A DNA stretch of 17,930 nt from Candidatus Micrarchaeota archaeon. GTDB taxonomy: Archaea > B1Sed10-29. The notes beneath the pieces are model-generated. The model was not told the DNA's origin. It ran no database searches and worked only from the letters and a program-made list of their open reading frames with translations. The DNA is taken from positions 1-17,930 of the forward strand of contig CAZOFO010000008.1 in NCBI GenBank assembly GCA_964579265.1, given 5' to 3'. Positions 16,034-17,930 of the stretch are shown here, in pieces. The translations under genes were made by a program, and so were the position numbers. The number at the start of each line of letters is the position of its first letter. The stretch's first letter is position 1.

Positions 16034-17263
16034 TCAGTTATTTATTTTTACTTTCTTATCGCTATCCATGTACTTGACTGAATAGTAGTCCTGTATCTTT
16101 TCATCAGTTTTTTCCAATCTCTTTATATCTTTTTCCAGCAATTTTTCAAGGAATCTTCTTTTATCATCTATCTGATTCTGTATATCTCTGAAACTGCTTT
16201 CTGAAAGATTAGCTATCCTCTCAAGTTTTCTACTAGGAGTATCTGTTCTTTCAATCTTATCTTTTGATTCATCATATATAAATAGATCATTGAAAGATGC
16301 TCCTACTTCGGATCTTGATACTTCTGTAATTGAGGATATTCTCCTTCTTATCTCTCCATTTTTTATAATCTTTTTCTGGACCACTACTATATCTATTAGA
16401 GACAACATGTTTCTAGGGACACTCATCGGAGGGTTTGTAAGTCTAGATTTTAGTTCCTTCGTTGAATTAGCGTGAAGAGTACCTATTGCTGAGTGACCAA
16501 CGTTCATAGCATTGAAAAGTGTTTTAGCTTCTTCACCTCTTACTTCACCTACTACTATCTTATCAGGTCGCATCCTTAGAGCATTAACTAGTAGATCTTT
16601 CATCTCTATCGGTTTATTGGATTTAGTAGGTGGAACAGTGGCCATTCTAACTAAGTTATCTCTTCCAAAGAAATTAAGTTCTAAAGTATCTTCTATACAA
16701 GCTATCCTTTCTCTTCTAGGAACAAAATTCATCAAAGTATTTAGAGTAGTTGTCTTACCCGCTCCGGTTCCTCCTATTATCAATATATTTAGAGGATAGT
16801 TTATTTCTCCTTCAACAGCTGTCCAGAGAAAAGCAGCCGCTTCGGAAGAAAGAGTACCGTTTTCAATTAGATCTATTATTGAAAAAGCTCTTTCTCTAAA
16901 TTTACTTATGGTTATTGTAGGTCCTTTTGGAGTAGCAGGCGGGATAGTTGCATTTAATCTTGATCCGTCTGATAGTTTGGAGTCCAGGAATGGTTTTGAT
17001 TTGTTTATGTAATTCGTTGATTTTTCAGTAACGTCTACTATGAAGTCAAATATATCTTTCTCTTTCATCTCTAGATTAGTTTCGCATCTTCCATGATCCC
17101 TATGAAAAACAAATACTGGTTCTTCAGGTCCATTTACAGCTATTTCTTCCAGTTTATTATCATTTAGAAGTTTCTCCAGTGATGGGTTCTCCATTAGATA
17201 TTTCTTTTCAGTTTTTTCCTTTACTATCTTTACATTTGGTTTTTCCTCTTCGTTTTCTCCCAT
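16034..17263 (-). CDS. VirB11/CpaF/TadA-family type IV pilus assembly ATPase
   Basis: EEIAVNG, LSDGSRLNA, Walker A GGTGAGKTT, IEDTLEL, ALRMRPDKIVVGEVRG and His box GH...TLHA. Confidence 0.93.
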   Translation of the reverse strand: MGENEEEKPNVKIVKEKTEKKYLMENPSLEKLLNDNKLEEIAVNGPEEPVFVFHRDHGRCETNLEMKEKDIFDFIVDVTEKSTNYINKSKPFLDSKLSDGSRLNATIPPATPKGPTITISKFRERAFSIIDLIENGTLSSEAAAFLWTAVEGEINYPLNILIIGGTGAGKTTTLNTLMNFVPRRERIACIEDTLELNFFGRDNLVRMATVPPTKSNKPIEMKDLLVNALRMRPDKIVVGEVRGEEAKTLFNAMNVGHSAIGTLHANSTKELKSRLTNPPMSVPRNMLSLIDIVVVQKKIIKNGEIRRRISSITEVSRSEVGASFNDLFIYDESKDKIERTDTPSRKLERIANLSESSFRDIQNQIDDKRRFLEKLLEKDIKRLEKTDEKIQDYYSVKYMDSDKKVKINN

Positions 17264-17383
17264 GGATTTATCCTCATTTTCCTTTCTTCTCTAAATAAAT
17301 GAACCTCGAAATAAATAACTTTCGATTTCACAGATTCTCTAATTCTAGATATTTAGTTTGATATTTTTTTATAGGGATCTCAA

Positions 17384-17458
17384 TGGGCCAGGCGAGATTC
17401 GAACTCACGATCTCCCCGTTATCAGCGGGGTGCTCTAACCAAGCTAAGCCACTGGCCC
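17384..17458 (-). tRNA. tRNA-Ile(GAT)
   Basis: GGGCCAG TG GCTT AGCTTGGTTA GAGC A CCCCG CT GAT AA CGGGG AGATC GTGAG TTCGAAT CTCGC CTGGCCC A forms a complete cloverleaf. Confidence 0.97.
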
Positions 17459-17656
17459 ATCTTGTTGGAGAAAAATAATTTTTAACAACCTGTCTATATT
17501 TTCTTGATCTTGAAAAATATAAGTGTTTACTCGAGTTCTGGAAACCTTGTTTTTAACAATAACATTTAAAAAGATAAGGCTTTTTTAAGTAGTTAACTTG
17601 GTGAAAAACCAAAAGTTTAAATAAGATACATTGCAAAAAAATTATAGGTGATATTA

Positions 17657-17930
17657 ATGCCAGCTAAAAAAAGAATTAATTTAGAAAAAGAAAGAGAAAA
17701 GTACAAAAAAATAAAAGATCAAGCAAAAAAAGATAGAAAAGAGAAAATGGAGTACCAGCTTAAGAAGGCTGGAGAAAAAGTAGCTGAGAGAGTAGAAGGA
17801 ATAGATGTGAAGAAGTTAGATGATAAGAAACTGAAAGAAGTCGGTGAAAAAGCAATAGAAGCATCAGAAGGAATAGTATCCATCTCGGAAAAAGACAAAT
17901 TAAAACAGACACTAAAAGAAGAAATAGAAA
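17657..17930 (+). CDS. K/E-rich hypothetical protein, truncated by the window end
   Basis: BRE/TATA AAAAGTTTAAATA, SD GGTGA, ATG at 17657; frame MPAKKRINLEKEREKYKKIKDQAKKD... stays open to 17930. Confidence 0.75.
   Translation, partial: MPAKKRINLEKEREKYKKIKDQAKKDRKEKMEYQLKKAGEKVAERVEGIDVKKLDDKKLKEVGEKAIEASEGIVSISEKDKLKQTLKEEIE

Noticed and set aside
2024..16799. Many Ser/Phe/Leu-rich ORFs antisense to or overlapping the main genes (e.g. 3396..3794, 8491..8943, 11486..11812, 11894..12169, 13693..13935)
   Set aside because: They are shadows of purine-rich coding strands with no recognisable motifs, and they overlap well-supported genes.

Overview
AT-rich archaeal chromosome segment. Archaeal evidence: BRE/TATA promoters, GGTGA-type ribosome-binding sites, tRNAs without encoded CCA, an intron-containing tRNA-Trp, form III RuBisCO and DGGGP synthase. 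A DPANN-like organism from a saline habitat is plausible but is inference only. Core genes: TrmB-family regulator, metG, PHP phosphoesterase, XPD/Rad3 helicase, form III RuBisCO, KaiC-like ATPase, UbiA/DGGGP synthase, scpA, scpB and a VirB11/TadA ATPase. There are three acidic surface proteins (beta-propeller lipoprotein, NEW3/Ig-like protein, 5xFN3 protein) and three tRNAs (Trp partial, Arg-CCT, Ile-GAT). Features missing from the ORF track: (1) a box C/D guide RNA at 1889-1959 whose D' guide matches the 23S rRNA A-loop and places U2552 at the N+5 methylation position; (2) a tRNA-Trp intron with a guide + box D + hairpin module pointing at its own C34; (3) two microproteins with strong SD sites between rbcL and XPD, one a Zn finger; (4) candidate TrmB-type operators in the promoter divergent from trmB and in the rbcL promoter. 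No CRISPR array, transposase or integrase was seen.
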